From an uncultured Actinomycetota bacterium (GTDB taxonomy: Bacteria > Actinomycetota > Actinomycetes > Mycobacteriales > CADCTP01): DNA of 64,000 nt. Shown in pieces: positions 43,932 to 52,897 of the stretch. The stretch covers positions 7,962,499 through 8,026,498 of the forward strand of contig OY970235.1 of assembly GCA_963714145.1 (NCBI GenBank), read 5' to 3'. Below the pieces are notes generated by a model that was not told the origin of the DNA, made no database searches, and saw only the letters and a list, made by a program, of their open reading frames with translations. The position numbers and the translations under genes were made by a program. Position 1 is the stretch's first letter, and the number at the start of each line of letters is the position of its first letter.

Positions 43932-44040
43932 CGAGCCGGGCCACGACCGTGCCGGCGATCAGCAGCGCCGGCACCGCCAGCCCGGGAACTCGGCATCCTC
44001 CGGGGCGTCCAGGCTTTTTGACACGGCCAGCGTCCGGCCC

Positions 44041-44964
44041 TCACCCAGCGGTGGGGTGGAAGCGGGTCGGCGAGTGTCCGAGTTGTGTCTTCATGAAGTC
44101 CGATGCCCGGTCGAGTGCCGCTCCGGCCTCGTCGAGGAGTGCGGCGTAGCCCTGGAACACGTGCGGGACGCCTGGTGTGACCTCGAGGGTGACCGCGACA
44201 TCGCTCGTGGCTGCCCGTGCCGCGAGCCGGAGCGCGTCGCTGAGCAGGATCTCGTGCGTCCCTACCTGGATCAGCAGCGGCGGCAGGCCGCTGAGATCGG
44301 CGAAGATCGGGCTGATCAGTGGGTCGGCGGCGTCGGTGCCGGCCACATACTCCGGAGCCCGGACGCGGAGGCCCCGCGGGGTCAGGATCGGGTCGAGCGA
44401 TTGCCGTTCGGTCAATGTGTCGCCGGACAGGGTCAGATCGGCGTAGGGCGACATCAGGAACGCACCTGCCGGCATGGGTAGTCCGGCCTCCCTCGCGGCG
44501 AGGAGTGTGGCCACCGCCAGCCCGGCTCCGGCCGAATCGCCGGCAAGAACGATCTGACCAGGGTCCATGCCTTGCGCGAGCAGTCCTTCGTAGGCGGCGC
44601 GAGCGTCTTCGACCGCGGCCGGATAGGGGTGTTCCGGGGCGAGTCGATAGTCGAGGGTGATGGCATTGACGCCCGTTCGCCGAACGAGGTCACCCACCAG
44701 TGGGATCGAGGTCGCCGCCGAGCCGATGACGTAGACGCCGCCGTGAAAGTAGAGGATCACGCCGTCGGACTCGGTGCCCGGGATCGTGACCTCGATGCCG
44801 CCGACGCCGCCGATCTCCATCGGCTTCTGCAGGACGTCCGCGGGCACCGGGACCTGTGCCATCAACGCGTTGAACGCGGCTCGCACCGAGGCGACATCGG
44901 CGGCGGTGTCGAGCCCGCCCTGACGCAGGATGGCATCCAGTTGGCTCTGCTGTTCCTTGCTCAT
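44041..44964 (-). CDS. Alpha/beta hydrolase, hormone-sensitive-lipase-like esterase
   Basis: HGGVY oxyanion motif, GDSAGAG nucleophile elbow. GGGGAGGA RBS. Confidence 0.9.
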   Translation of the reverse strand: MSKEQQSQLDAILRQGGLDTAADVASVRAAFNALMAQVPVPADVLQKPMEIGGVGGIEVTIPGTESDGVILYFHGGVYVIGSAATSIPLVGDLVRRTGVNAITLDYRLAPEHPYPAAVEDARAAYEGLLAQGMDPGQIVLAGDSAGAGLAVATLLAAREAGLPMPAGAFLMSPYADLTLSGDTLTERQSLDPILTPRGLRVRAPEYVAGTDAADPLISPIFADLSGLPPLLIQVGTHEILLSDALRLAARAATSDVAVTLEVTPGVPHVFQGYAALLDEAGAALDRASDFMKTQLGHSPTRFHPTAG

Positions 44965-45095
44965 CGGCCGTCCTCCCCAGGCGTCGAGGCCACCCACGAT
45001 CGCGGTGATCGAGGTGAGCTGTCCTCGCCGGAAGGTGGTGATTCCCTGCCTGGCGTGGGCCGGCGACGAGCGCAGGGCCGGGATCGTCATGCCCG

Positions 45096-45323
45096 TCATG
45101 TCCGCGGTGGTCTGGGCCTGACCTGGCGCAGTTCGAGAAGCTCGAGGCCGAGGGCCTCGATCTGGGCGAGGACACCGAACATCGCGGATTGATCTTCAAG
45201 CACGCCGGTGAGCACCGTCTCACTGCCGTCCAGTTCGGCCACCATCCTGGGGAAGGCGGACAGGGCAGTCGCTCCGAGCCGACCCTTTATCCGGATCACG
45301 TACAAGCTCGGCGGCGCGGCCAC
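45096..45323 (-). CDS. Small hypothetical protein (75 aa)
   Basis: YVIRIKGRLGATALSAFP...LTGVLEDQSAMFGVLAQIEALGLELLELRQV. A recurring actinobacterial small-protein pattern as far as I recall, with no assigned function. Confidence 0.5.
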   Translation of the reverse strand: MAAPPSLYVIRIKGRLGATALSAFPRMVAELDGSETVLTGVLEDQSAMFGVLAQIEALGLELLELRQVRPRPPRT

Positions 45324-45394
45324 ATGGTGATCGTGCTGGGCGACCTAGTGAATCGGCGACGCCGGAATCCAGCGATTGAGCCCGCGGACCGTGG

Positions 45395-45748
45395 CTATTT
45401 CGGAGATGTTGGCGAAAGCCGGTGGGCCAGGAGCCGCAGCTGGCGGGCGCGTTGAACGGCAGTTGACCGGTCGCCCGCACCGAGTTTGGCGTAGAGGTTG
45501 CGGATGTGAGTGTTGACGGTGTGGATCGAGACGTGCAGATCATGCGCGATTTCGGCCCGCGTCAGGTTTGTCGGAAGAAGTCCCAGGACGCGCAGCTCGC
45601 TGGGGGTGAGCTCACCTGGGCGGGGGAGCGGCTCGCGGTTGGTGCGCTGCGGCGACGCGCCCCACAGTTGGTCAACGATGTCAGTAAGAAGGGCACCGTG
45701 GGCATCCGCAGGCTGCCCATCGCCAGGACCATGCGGGTCCTCTGACAC
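45395..45748 (-). CDS. LuxR-family HTH protein (short; possibly the C-terminal remnant of a larger LAL/MalT-type regulator)
   Basis: LTPSELRVLGLL...NLTRAEIAHDLHVSIHTVNTHIRNLYAKLG. Confidence 0.7.
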   Translation of the reverse strand: MSEDPHGPGDGQPADAHGALLTDIVDQLWGASPQRTNREPLPRPGELTPSELRVLGLLPTNLTRAEIAHDLHVSIHTVNTHIRNLYAKLGAGDRSTAVQRARQLRLLAHRLSPTSPK

Positions 45749-45802
45749 AGGGCGGCTGCTAGGTCCGATCCAGCCATCGACGTGGTCGTCGTCGGCGGTG
45801 GG

Positions 45803-46114
45803 TCAGCGGTGGGGGCAGCCGGTTGAGCGGGGCGGGGTTGGTCGCGTGGGTGCCGTGCCGCTGCCCGGGGGCGGTTGCCGGGCCTGTTGTGGCGGCCCGG
45901 CCGGCCCGATCGCGGACGACAGGCAGTCGGGTGTCCTGCTGGGCAGGCCGAGCGGGCCGTAGGTCGGCGGAGGCGTTGGCGAGCCCGTGACGGATGCGTC
46001 GGGGTGCGCGACGCCAGCGACCGTGTGCGCCGGCCGCCCGATCGGGCTCCCGGTCAGGATCAGGACAGCGGCCGCGGCCAACGCCGCGGTCGCCCGCCAG
46101 GTCGAGGACGTCAT
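45803..46114 (-). CDS. Putative small secreted Pro-rich protein
   Basis: Signal-like MTSSTWRATAALAAAAVLILTG and high GC3. No homology recognised; weak call. Confidence 0.3.
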   Translation of the reverse strand: MTSSTWRATAALAAAAVLILTGSPIGRPAHTVAGVAHPDASVTGSPTPPPTYGPLGLPSRTPDCLSSAIGPAGPPQQARQPPPGSGTAPTRPTPPRSTGCPHR

Positions 46115-46274
46115 CGCGACCAGGTTCGCATGGGTCCGGGTCGATCCGGTACCGCGGTCGGTTGACGTGCTGACGAGGGCCCACCGATTGTCGTACTGGC
46201 AATGAAAACGGGTTCGGCTACTATCTGCGGGGTGCGGGCCGGGTCTGCTGGTCGAGTGTCGGGTTGGGGGAGTC

Positions 46275-46832
46275 ATGGGTGTCACTGTCACGGTGGCGAC
46301 GGCGGCGGATGTTGCCGAGGCCCAGCGGGTGATGTCTCGGGTGCTTGTTGAGGATCTGGGCGGCTATCGCGCTCAGTGGCATGCCGATGTGGCGGATCTG
46401 GTCGGCGGGTATGTGTCGGCTGAGCGGTCGGCGCTGTTCGTTGCCCGGCTCGAGGCGGCGGTGGGTGCGCCTGCGGGTGCGGTGGTGGGTACGGCGGCGG
46501 TGCGGCCGTGCCGGTTGGTGTCGCCGCCGAATCCGGCCTGGCTGGTCGAGCGTTTCGCCGGTCCGGCGGTCTGTGAGTTGCGCCGGGTGTGGGTGTTGGC
46601 CGAGGCGCGGCGGCGTGGTGTGGCGGCGGAGTTGGTCCGGGCGGCGGCTCGGTGGGCGACCACGTCGGGCGGGTACGACACGGTGTACCTGCATACCGAC
46701 ACGGCCGCGCCGGGCGCGGAGGCGTTCTGGCGGGGGATGCCGACGGTGGAGGTGCTCGACTGCCGGCCGGACCCGTACAACTGCGTGCACTTCGTGCTGG
46801 ATCTGGCCAAGCTCCTTGGCGGCGGCCGGTGA
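46275..46832 (+). CDS. GNAT-family N-acetyltransferase
   Basis: RRVWVLAEARRRGVAAELV (Q/RxxGxG/A-type acetyl-CoA loop), ~185 aa. Confidence 0.8.
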   Translation: MGVTVTVATAADVAEAQRVMSRVLVEDLGGYRAQWHADVADLVGGYVSAERSALFVARLEAAVGAPAGAVVGTAAVRPCRLVSPPNPAWLVERFAGPAVCELRRVWVLAEARRRGVAAELVRAAARWATTSGGYDTVYLHTDTAAPGAEAFWRGMPTVEVLDCRPDPYNCVHFVLDLAKLLGGGR

Positions 46833-47710
46833 CGGCTATCGGGGTCGGCTGCCCGGTCGAGCCGGTGTGGCAGCTGCTCGCCGGGCGGGTGGTCGCGGCG
46901 TACGGGGAGTTGGAGCGGCTGGTGCGGGAGTCGGATCTGGAGCCGGACGAGCCGACGAACCAGGCCTTCACCGAGTTGGTCGCGCTGTGTGGGCACCGGC
47001 CGGAGGCGGAGGTGGCGGCGGTGCTCGCCGACGCCCGGGTCAGGGCCGTCACGCAGCGGCTGCGGCAGCTGTGCGCGGCCGGCGAGTTCCGGCTGGAACG
47101 GTGCTGGGCCCGCCGGATCGCCGCGGCGGCGGACCCGGCCGGCGAACTGCGGGCCTTCCCGTACCTGGACAACTACCGGGCGCTGGCCGCGCTCGAGGTC
47201 CAGTCGCTGAGCGGGCTGCTGGCGGCCGGAGCCGGCGCGGGGCGGGCGCTGGCCCGGGTCTGTGTGCTGGGGTCCGGGCCGCTGCCGCTGACCGCGCTGC
47301 TGCTTGCGCGGGGTCTGGGCGCCAGCGTGGAGGCGGTGGACCGGGATGCCGAGGCGACCGCGCTGGCGCGCGCGGTGCTGCGCCGGCTGCCCGGGGGCCG
47401 GCGGGTCCTGGTCTGTTCCGGTGAGGCCGCCGATTTCGCCGGGGTGAGCAGCGCCGACCTGGTCGTCCTGGCGGCTCTGGTCGGGGTGGACCCGGTCGAG
47501 AAGCAGGGTGTGCTCGCGCGGGTGGCCGACCAGATGCGGCCCGGCGCGGTCCTGCTCGTGCGCAGCGCGCACCGGCTGCGGACCTTGCTGTACCCGCCGA
47601 TCACGGTCGACGAGCTGACCGCGGCCAGCGCGGGCCTGCTGCGGCCGCTGGCCGAGATCCGCCCGATGACGGAGGTGGTCAACTCGTTCCTGGTCGCTGT
47701 TCGGAGCTGA
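46829..47710 (+). CDS. Nicotianamine synthase (NAS)-like protein
   Basis: GTG start in a GTGA overlap with the GNAT stop. LERCWA, FPYLDNYRALAALE and the hallmark VLGSGPLPLTALLLA motif. Confidence 0.85.
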   Translation: MTAIGVGCPVEPVWQLLAGRVVAAYGELERLVRESDLEPDEPTNQAFTELVALCGHRPEAEVAAVLADARVRAVTQRLRQLCAAGEFRLERCWARRIAAAADPAGELRAFPYLDNYRALAALEVQSLSGLLAAGAGAGRALARVCVLGSGPLPLTALLLARGLGASVEAVDRDAEATALARAVLRRLPGGRRVLVCSGEAADFAGVSSADLVVLAALVGVDPVEKQGVLARVADQMRPGAVLLVRSAHRLRTLLYPPITVDELTAASAGLLRPLAEIRPMTEVVNSFLVAVRS

Positions 47711-48914
47711 GCGCGGCCCGGTCCACGCCTGGCAGCGCGATCTCCCGGCCGCGCAGCACGACCCGCTGGGGCCGGGTCAGCGCGGTGATGTCGGCGGTGG
47801 GATCGCCGGGCAGCACGAGCAGGTCCGCGGCCAGCCCGGGACGTAACCGGCCGGTCGTCGCGCCGAGGCCGCAGGCGTCGGCCGCGGCCGAGGTGGCCGA
47901 CGCCAGGGCCGCTGCCGGGGCGACGCCGGCGGTCACCAACTCCACCACCGACCACGGCAGGATGCCGTGCGGCTTGCCCGGGTGGATGCCGGCGTCCGAG
48001 CCGCTGATCAGCCGCACGCCGGCCGCGGCCATCCGTCCGACCTGCGCCAGCCGGCCCTCGACCGTGTAGTTCGTGCCCGCCATCAGCGCGGCGGCCTGCG
48101 CGGACGGGGCGCTTCCCGGGCTCCGGCCGATGGTCGGGCAGACCGCGACACCGGCGGCGGCCAGGTCACCGAACAGCGACTCGGGTCGTTCCAGCCCGCG
48201 TTCGGTCATGCAGGTGCAGTGTTCGATGCCGTCCACGCCCGCCGCCAGGCAGACCCGGACCGACTCCACCGAGTGGGCGTGCGCGGTCACCGGGAGACCG
48301 GCCCCGTGCGCCAGCCGCACCACCTCGATGAGGTCCGGCGTCGCGTACTGCAGGGCGAGCAGGTTCGATCCGGCCGTCATCGACCCGCCCGACACCATCA
48401 CCTTCACGACATCGACGCGCCGGTCAGCCCGCTCCCGGACCGCGGCGGCAAGCTCCCCGCGGCCCTGCGCCTGGCCGCCCATGCTCCAGCAGTGCCCGCC
48501 GGGCGACGTGATCGGCGGCCCGGACACCACCAGCCGAGGCTCACCATCACGCGGGCCGGCCGCGGCCCGGTCGGCGACCGTCCAGTGGTGATCCCCGAGA
48601 TCCCGCACGGTCGTCACGCCGGCCCGCACGTGATCGGCCAGCGCCGCCCGCACCACCCGGACCCGCTCCTGCGGGCCTTGATCGGGCACCCGGGCCAGCG
48701 CGTCCGGACCGCCGTCGCCGCACAGGTGCACATGCGCGTCGATGAGCCCCGGCAGCACGGTGCTACCGGGCAGCCGGGTGACCGGTACGCCGGCCGGCAG
48801 GTCGAACCGGCCGGTCTGCACCCCGGCGATCCGTCCGCCCTCCACCACGACCAGTACGCCGCCGCGCAGGATCCGCTCACCGTCGAAGCCGGCATCCGCG
48901 TAATACCCGCGCAT
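47679..48914 (-). CDS. Metal-dependent amidohydrolase (TIM-barrel, imidazolonepropionase/Xaa-Pro-dipeptidase-like)
   Basis: PGLIDAHVHL (HxH), ...VTAHAH..., ...SGSDAG.... The 3' end overlaps the convergent NAS-like gene by 32 bp. Confidence 0.85.
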   Translation of the reverse strand: MRGYYADAGFDGERILRGGVLVVVEGGRIAGVQTGRFDLPAGVPVTRLPGSTVLPGLIDAHVHLCGDGGPDALARVPDQGPQERVRVVRAALADHVRAGVTTVRDLGDHHWTVADRAAAGPRDGEPRLVVSGPPITSPGGHCWSMGGQAQGRGELAAAVRERADRRVDVVKVMVSGGSMTAGSNLLALQYATPDLIEVVRLAHGAGLPVTAHAHSVESVRVCLAAGVDGIEHCTCMTERGLERPESLFGDLAAAGVAVCPTIGRSPGSAPSAQAAALMAGTNYTVEGRLAQVGRMAAAGVRLISGSDAGIHPGKPHGILPWSVVELVTAGVAPAAALASATSAAADACGLGATTGRLRPGLAADLLVLPGDPTADITALTRPQRVVLRGREIALPGVDRAALSSEQRPGTS

Positions 48915-49006
48915 CCGACCCCCACGGCAGCCGATCGGACCTCCCGCGTCAAGAAGACACCAGGCCGCGCAACCCCGCAGCCCGACGGATCGACCCGGCC
49001 GCGCCC

Positions 49007-50648
49007 CTACCCGATCGTCGGGATGAACGTCGGCGGCCGGCGGGCCTGGGTCCCCTGCTCGTACGCGTACGCCAGCGGCAGCAGTTCCTGCTCGCCGAAC
49101 CGCGGCCCGATGAACGACACGCCGATCGGGAACGGGCCGTCGAAGCCCGCCGGGACCGTGACGCTCGGGTAGCCGGCGACGCCGGCCGGGGCCGACGACA
49201 GGACGAAGCTGGTCCAACATGTCGCCGCCGGGCAGCCGGGTCTTCCACGCCGGCCCGTTCGTCGGCGCGATGATCGCGTCCAGGTGCAGCCCGGCGAGGG
49301 TGTCGTCGATGCTGCGCTTCGCCAGCGTGGTCGCGGTCCGGCGCTGCTGCCGGTAGACCGGATCGGTGAGGTCACCCGAGGTCGCCTCGGCGGCCTCGAA
49401 GGTCTCCTGCCCGAAGAACGGCATCTCGACGGCGGCGTGCGCGTTGTTGAACGCGATCAGCTCGGCCAGCGTCTTCGGGTGGTTGCCCGGCCGGGTCGCC
49501 AGGTAGGCCCTGATGTCGTGCTTGAACTCGACGAGCGCCGCGGCGAACTCCGGTTCGCCGATCTGGTCCTGGAACGGCAGGTCGGCCGGGACGACCGTGG
49601 CACCGAGCCGGCGTAGCTCGCTGACGACCCGCGTCATGATCGCCCCGACCGCCGGGACGTTCTCCCCGCCGGTGCCGGCGAGCCAGAGCCCGATCCGCTT
49701 GCCGCGCAGCGCGCCCGGCCGGAACGCCCGCAGGTAGTTCACCGCGTCGAACGGCGCCGCGGCAGCGGTCGCCGGGTCGGCCGGGTCCACGCCGCGGATG
49801 ACCTGCAGCGTCAGCGCCGCGTCGACCAGGTGCCGGGCCATCGGGCCGGCGGTGTCCTGCTGGAGCGTGACCGGCACCACGCCGCCGCGGCTGATCAGGC
49901 CGAGGGTGGGCCTGATGCCCACGATGCCGTTCTGGCCGGACGGATGGACGATCGAGCCGTGGGTCTCGGTACCGATCGCGACGGTCGCCAGGTTGGCCGA
50001 GATGCCCGAGCCCGAGCCGGCGGACGAGCCGGACGGGTTGCGATCGAGGACGTACGGGTTGTTGTTCTGGCCGCCGACCGCCGACCAGCCACTGCTCGAC
50101 GACGTCCCGCGGAAGTTCGCCCACTCGGACAGGTTCGCCTTGCCGATGAGCACCGCACCCGCCCGGCGCAGCTTGCCGACCAGGAACGCGTCCCGGGCCG
50201 GCGGCGTGCCGGCAAGCGCGAACGAGCCGGCGGTGGTGCCCTGCCGGTCGGCGGTGTCGATGTTGTCCTTCAGCAGCACCGGGATGCCGTCCAGCGGGCC
50301 GCGCAGGTCGTGCTGGCGCCGCCGCCGGTCGCTGGCGACCGCCTGCGGCAGCGCGTCCGGGTTGACCTTGAGGACCGCGTGCAGCCGCGGGTCGAGAGCC
50401 TGGATCCGGGCCAGATAGAACGCGGTGAGCTGTGCCGAGGACAGCTGGTGGCGGTCCATCGCCCGCTGCAGGTCCGGGATTGTGGCCGATTCCAGGTTGA
50501 CTCCGCGCAGCACCGGGGCGGGCGCGGTCAACGGGTTTCCGGGCCCGGCGGCGACGTGCGCCGGCGGCGTCGCGGTCGCCGGCAGCACCGGGCTGAGCGC
50601 GGTCGCCGAGATCGCGGTGAGCAGCACGAGCACGCGGGGCAGGCGCAT
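49007..50648 (-). pseudogene. Secreted amidase (amidase-signature family) with one frameshift near 49205
   Basis: Signal peptide MRLPRVLVLLTAISATALS. GIPVLLKDNIDT, GGSSAGSGSG-type signature (NPSGSSAGSGSG). The C-terminal ...SAPAGVAGYPSVTVPAGF...AYAYEQGT lies in another frame. Confidence 0.8.
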
Positions 50649-50765
50649 GGCGACCTCCGGGGTGGCGACAGTGCCGAGGTCCGACGCAACTCTGCCACGC
50701 GGTCGGTGTCAATCGCCCGGAAGCGCAGTCATCCGGCAGCGATCATCATCCGATCAGGCTGCCTG
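50592..50765. repeat. Copy A of a ~174-bp direct repeat: amidase 5' coding end plus upstream leader/promoter
   Basis: Aligns by eye at roughly 85% identity with 51975-52148. The most conserved core is tgtcaatcgccc-gaag-gcagtcatccggcagcgatcatcatccgatcagg. Confidence 0.85.
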
Positions 50766-50823
50766 CTGGTGCCCGCGCACATCATCTGCCTCGTACGAAA
50801 GACGCCGGCCGCGGGCAGCATCA

Positions 50824-51852
50824 TCAGGTTGCCGGCGCGGCGGGCCACTCGGCCGGGTGCCAGTACGGGCTGTAGCGCCCGCAGTCGACCATCCAGTCGT
50901 AGGTGCCCTGTAGCCAGGCGCGGATGGCACGCAGGTGTGCCTGGACCGGGGGCGCCGCGGGTGGTTCGGCTCGCGCGTAGAGGTCGGCGAACGCGCGGAT
51001 CTCCCGATTGGCGATGCCGGCGGCTCGGTCCAGCCCGGCCTGCAGGCCGCGCCGGTCCGCGTGCGCGCAGACCAGCGGGAGGTTGAAGACGAAGTCGACC
51101 GGGCAGTTGCTGATTTCGCGCGTGCACGAGAACAGGTCGTTGACGATGGCGATGATGTACGCGGCGTGCCTGGTGAGTGTCTCGACGGCGGGATCGTGCA
51201 ACTGCGCCGGCTCCAGTTCGGCGCCGCCGGAGGCGATCTCGACCATGGCGAGGCAGGACAGCGTCGCCGAGGCCTGCACGCGCAGCGGCAGGTACTCGTC
51301 GACGGTCGGCGTCGAGCGCGCCGACCGGTAGGTGATCTCGGCCAGGCAGCCCAGGAGGTAACCGCGTATCGCATCGCGGAAGCGGGCGAGCTGCGCCGCC
51401 GAGCCCAGCCTGCGATAACGGGCTGCGATGTCGGCCAGCGCGTCGGCCAACGGCGTATACGAGAGCCCGCCTTCCAGGACGCGGAGCAGCGCGGCGATCT
51501 GGCTGCTGACGCCGACCGGATCCGGAGCGGGCTCGTCGACGTGGCCGTCGTCGAACGCGTACAGCCAGGTCGCCCAGTCCGCCGCCAGCCAGAGCGCCTC
51601 CCGGTCGGCAAACGGATACCCGTACGCGCCGAGGTGGCCGAAGAGGTGCGACGCGTTGCGCACCTTGGCCGCTTCGTCGAACAGGCCCCAGCGGTCCAAC
51701 CACTCCCGGGTGTGACCCTCGGCTCCGGCGGTGTCGGGGTGGTGCAGGCCGGGAAAGTCCAGCCGGACCAACGGCAGGCGTAGCACCGGAAGCGGCCACC
51801 CCGCTGGCGCGGCAGTGGACCGACCGACCAGCTCCCCGGCTGCGGGCCTCAT
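50824..51852 (-). CDS. Class I terpene synthase/cyclase
   Basis: Asp-rich FDDGHVDE and NSE/DTE triad NDLFSCTRE. The ATG at 51852 overlaps the stop of the upstream remnant ORF (ATGA). Confidence 0.85.
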   Translation of the reverse strand: MRPAAGELVGRSTAAPAGWPLPVLRLPLVRLDFPGLHHPDTAGAEGHTREWLDRWGLFDEAAKVRNASHLFGHLGAYGYPFADREALWLAADWATWLYAFDDGHVDEPAPDPVGVSSQIAALLRVLEGGLSYTPLADALADIAARYRRLGSAAQLARFRDAIRGYLLGCLAEITYRSARSTPTVDEYLPLRVQASATLSCLAMVEIASGGAELEPAQLHDPAVETLTRHAAYIIAIVNDLFSCTREISNCPVDFVFNLPLVCAHADRRGLQAGLDRAAGIANREIRAFADLYARAEPPAAPPVQAHLRAIRAWLQGTYDWMVDCGRYSPYWHPAEWPAAPAT

Positions 51853-52031
51853 CCGGTCAGGGTGCGGCGGGTCGGGGTGGTGCCGGTGCGCGCGGCGACC
51901 GCGGTCACGGTGCACGGCGTGCCCCGCACGATCAGCAGCTGCCTTGCCGGCCGGCAGTGTCGATGTCGTCCGTGCTGAGCGCGGTCGCCGGGACCGCGGT
52001 GAGGAGGACGAACACGCCGGTACGGGCGCAT
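51849..52031 (-). pseudogene. Decayed amidase-paralog remnant (leader ORF in front of the terpene synthase)
   Basis: Same ATG context as the amidase (ggaggtcgccATGCGC). In a +1 frame it reads ..VFVLLTAVPATALSTDDIDTAGRQG.., matching the amidase signal peptide fused to its DNIDTADRQGTTAG block. Confidence 0.55.
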
Positions 52032-52148
52032 GGCGACCTCCGGGGCGGCGACAGTGCCTAACTACGACACAACTCCGCGACGCGATTAGTGTCAATCGCC
52101 CAGAAGTGCAGTCATCCGGCAGCGATCATCATCCGATCAGGTTGCCTG
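51975..52148. repeat. Copy B of the ~174-bp direct repeat
   Basis: See copy A. Confidence 0.85.
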
Positions 52149-52310
52149 ACGGCAGACAGCGGCGTTGCTGGGCACCGCCGGCGGTCCGCGGGCCGGCGGC
52201 CGGGCGGCGGCTGCCCGGTCCGGCGGCCCGGCCGCCTCTTGGGGCAGGCATGTGCCGGCTGGGCGGGGTGCGGGTTGTCGGTGCCCGGCACCTCTGCGAC
52301 GGTGATCGGC

Positions 52311-52739
52311 ATGCAGTTGCAGTACCAGGCTGGCAACGAGTACAGCCCGTTCGACACCTTCGGCCGGTTCGTCCTGGAACTGGATTCGGGCGGGGCGGTC
52401 CGGGTGACCCACCACCGCCGGGTCGGCACGCCCCGGCGGTGGACCGCGGACGCCGGCACCGGGGTGGTCGAGCGGGTGCTGGCCGCCCTGGGCCGGGCCG
52501 GCTTCCCGGCCTGGCCGGACCTGCCGCCCCCGCTGCCGGACACGACGATCCGCTCGCTCACCGTCGACGGCGGGCCGACCGGTGGCGTGATGCTGCCCTG
52601 GGACGCGGTGGCCGGCCTGCCCGGCTACGCCGAGGCGTTCGAACTGCTGGACGGGTTGGTCGCGCAATTGACCGGTCTGGAGATCCTGGCCGCCGCGCCG
52701 GCCGATCCTGCCGTCACCGGGATCCGCCAGGTGGAGTGA
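52311..52739 (+). CDS. Hypothetical protein (142 aa) immediately upstream of the giant toxin-like gene
   Basis: MQLQYQAGNEYSPFDTFGRFVLELDSGGAVRVTHHRR.... Coherent frame, followed by a hairpin. No family recognised. Confidence 0.5.
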   Translation: MQLQYQAGNEYSPFDTFGRFVLELDSGGAVRVTHHRRVGTPRRWTADAGTGVVERVLAALGRAGFPAWPDLPPPLPDTTIRSLTVDGGPTGGVMLPWDAVAGLPGYAEAFELLDGLVAQLTGLEILAAAPADPAVTGIRQVE

Positions 52740-52749
52740 GCCGGACCGT

Positions 52750-52775
52750 CGGGTGGGCGGCCGGCGGCCCACCCG
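52750..52775 (+). terminator. GC-rich hairpin after the 52311-52739 gene
   Basis: cGGGTGGGC-ggccggcg-GCCCACCCg, a 9-bp stem with an 8-nt loop, read directly. Confidence 0.4.
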
Positions 52776-52897
52776 GTGTCATCCCGGCGACCGGCCTGCG
52801 TGGCAGGAGGAATGGCCTGCCGCGGTGATTCAGCGCGTCGCCGAACGACGTTCACGGCCCGATTCGGGTTGCGGGTGCCATGAGGGAGGGGGGCCGC

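Noticed and set aside
43932-44040. Integrase or att site immediately downstream of tRNA-Lys
   Set aside because: I found no integrase-like ORF and no repeat of the tRNA 3' end in the window. The island idea is therefore kept only as a low-interest hypothesis.
48265-48285. 13-mer CTCCACCGAGTGG shared by 27769-27781 and 48268-48280
   Set aside because: Both copies simply encode H-S-V-E in unrelated minus-strand proteins (WHHSVEMV and HAHSVESV), so this is a coincidental codon-level match.
47679-50648. 989-aa ORF suggesting an amidase-amidohydrolase fusion protein
   Set aside because: The junction is nonsense sequence created by the amidase frameshift at ~49205. The amidase C-terminus continues in another frame to 49007, and the amidohydrolase has its own ATG at 48914.
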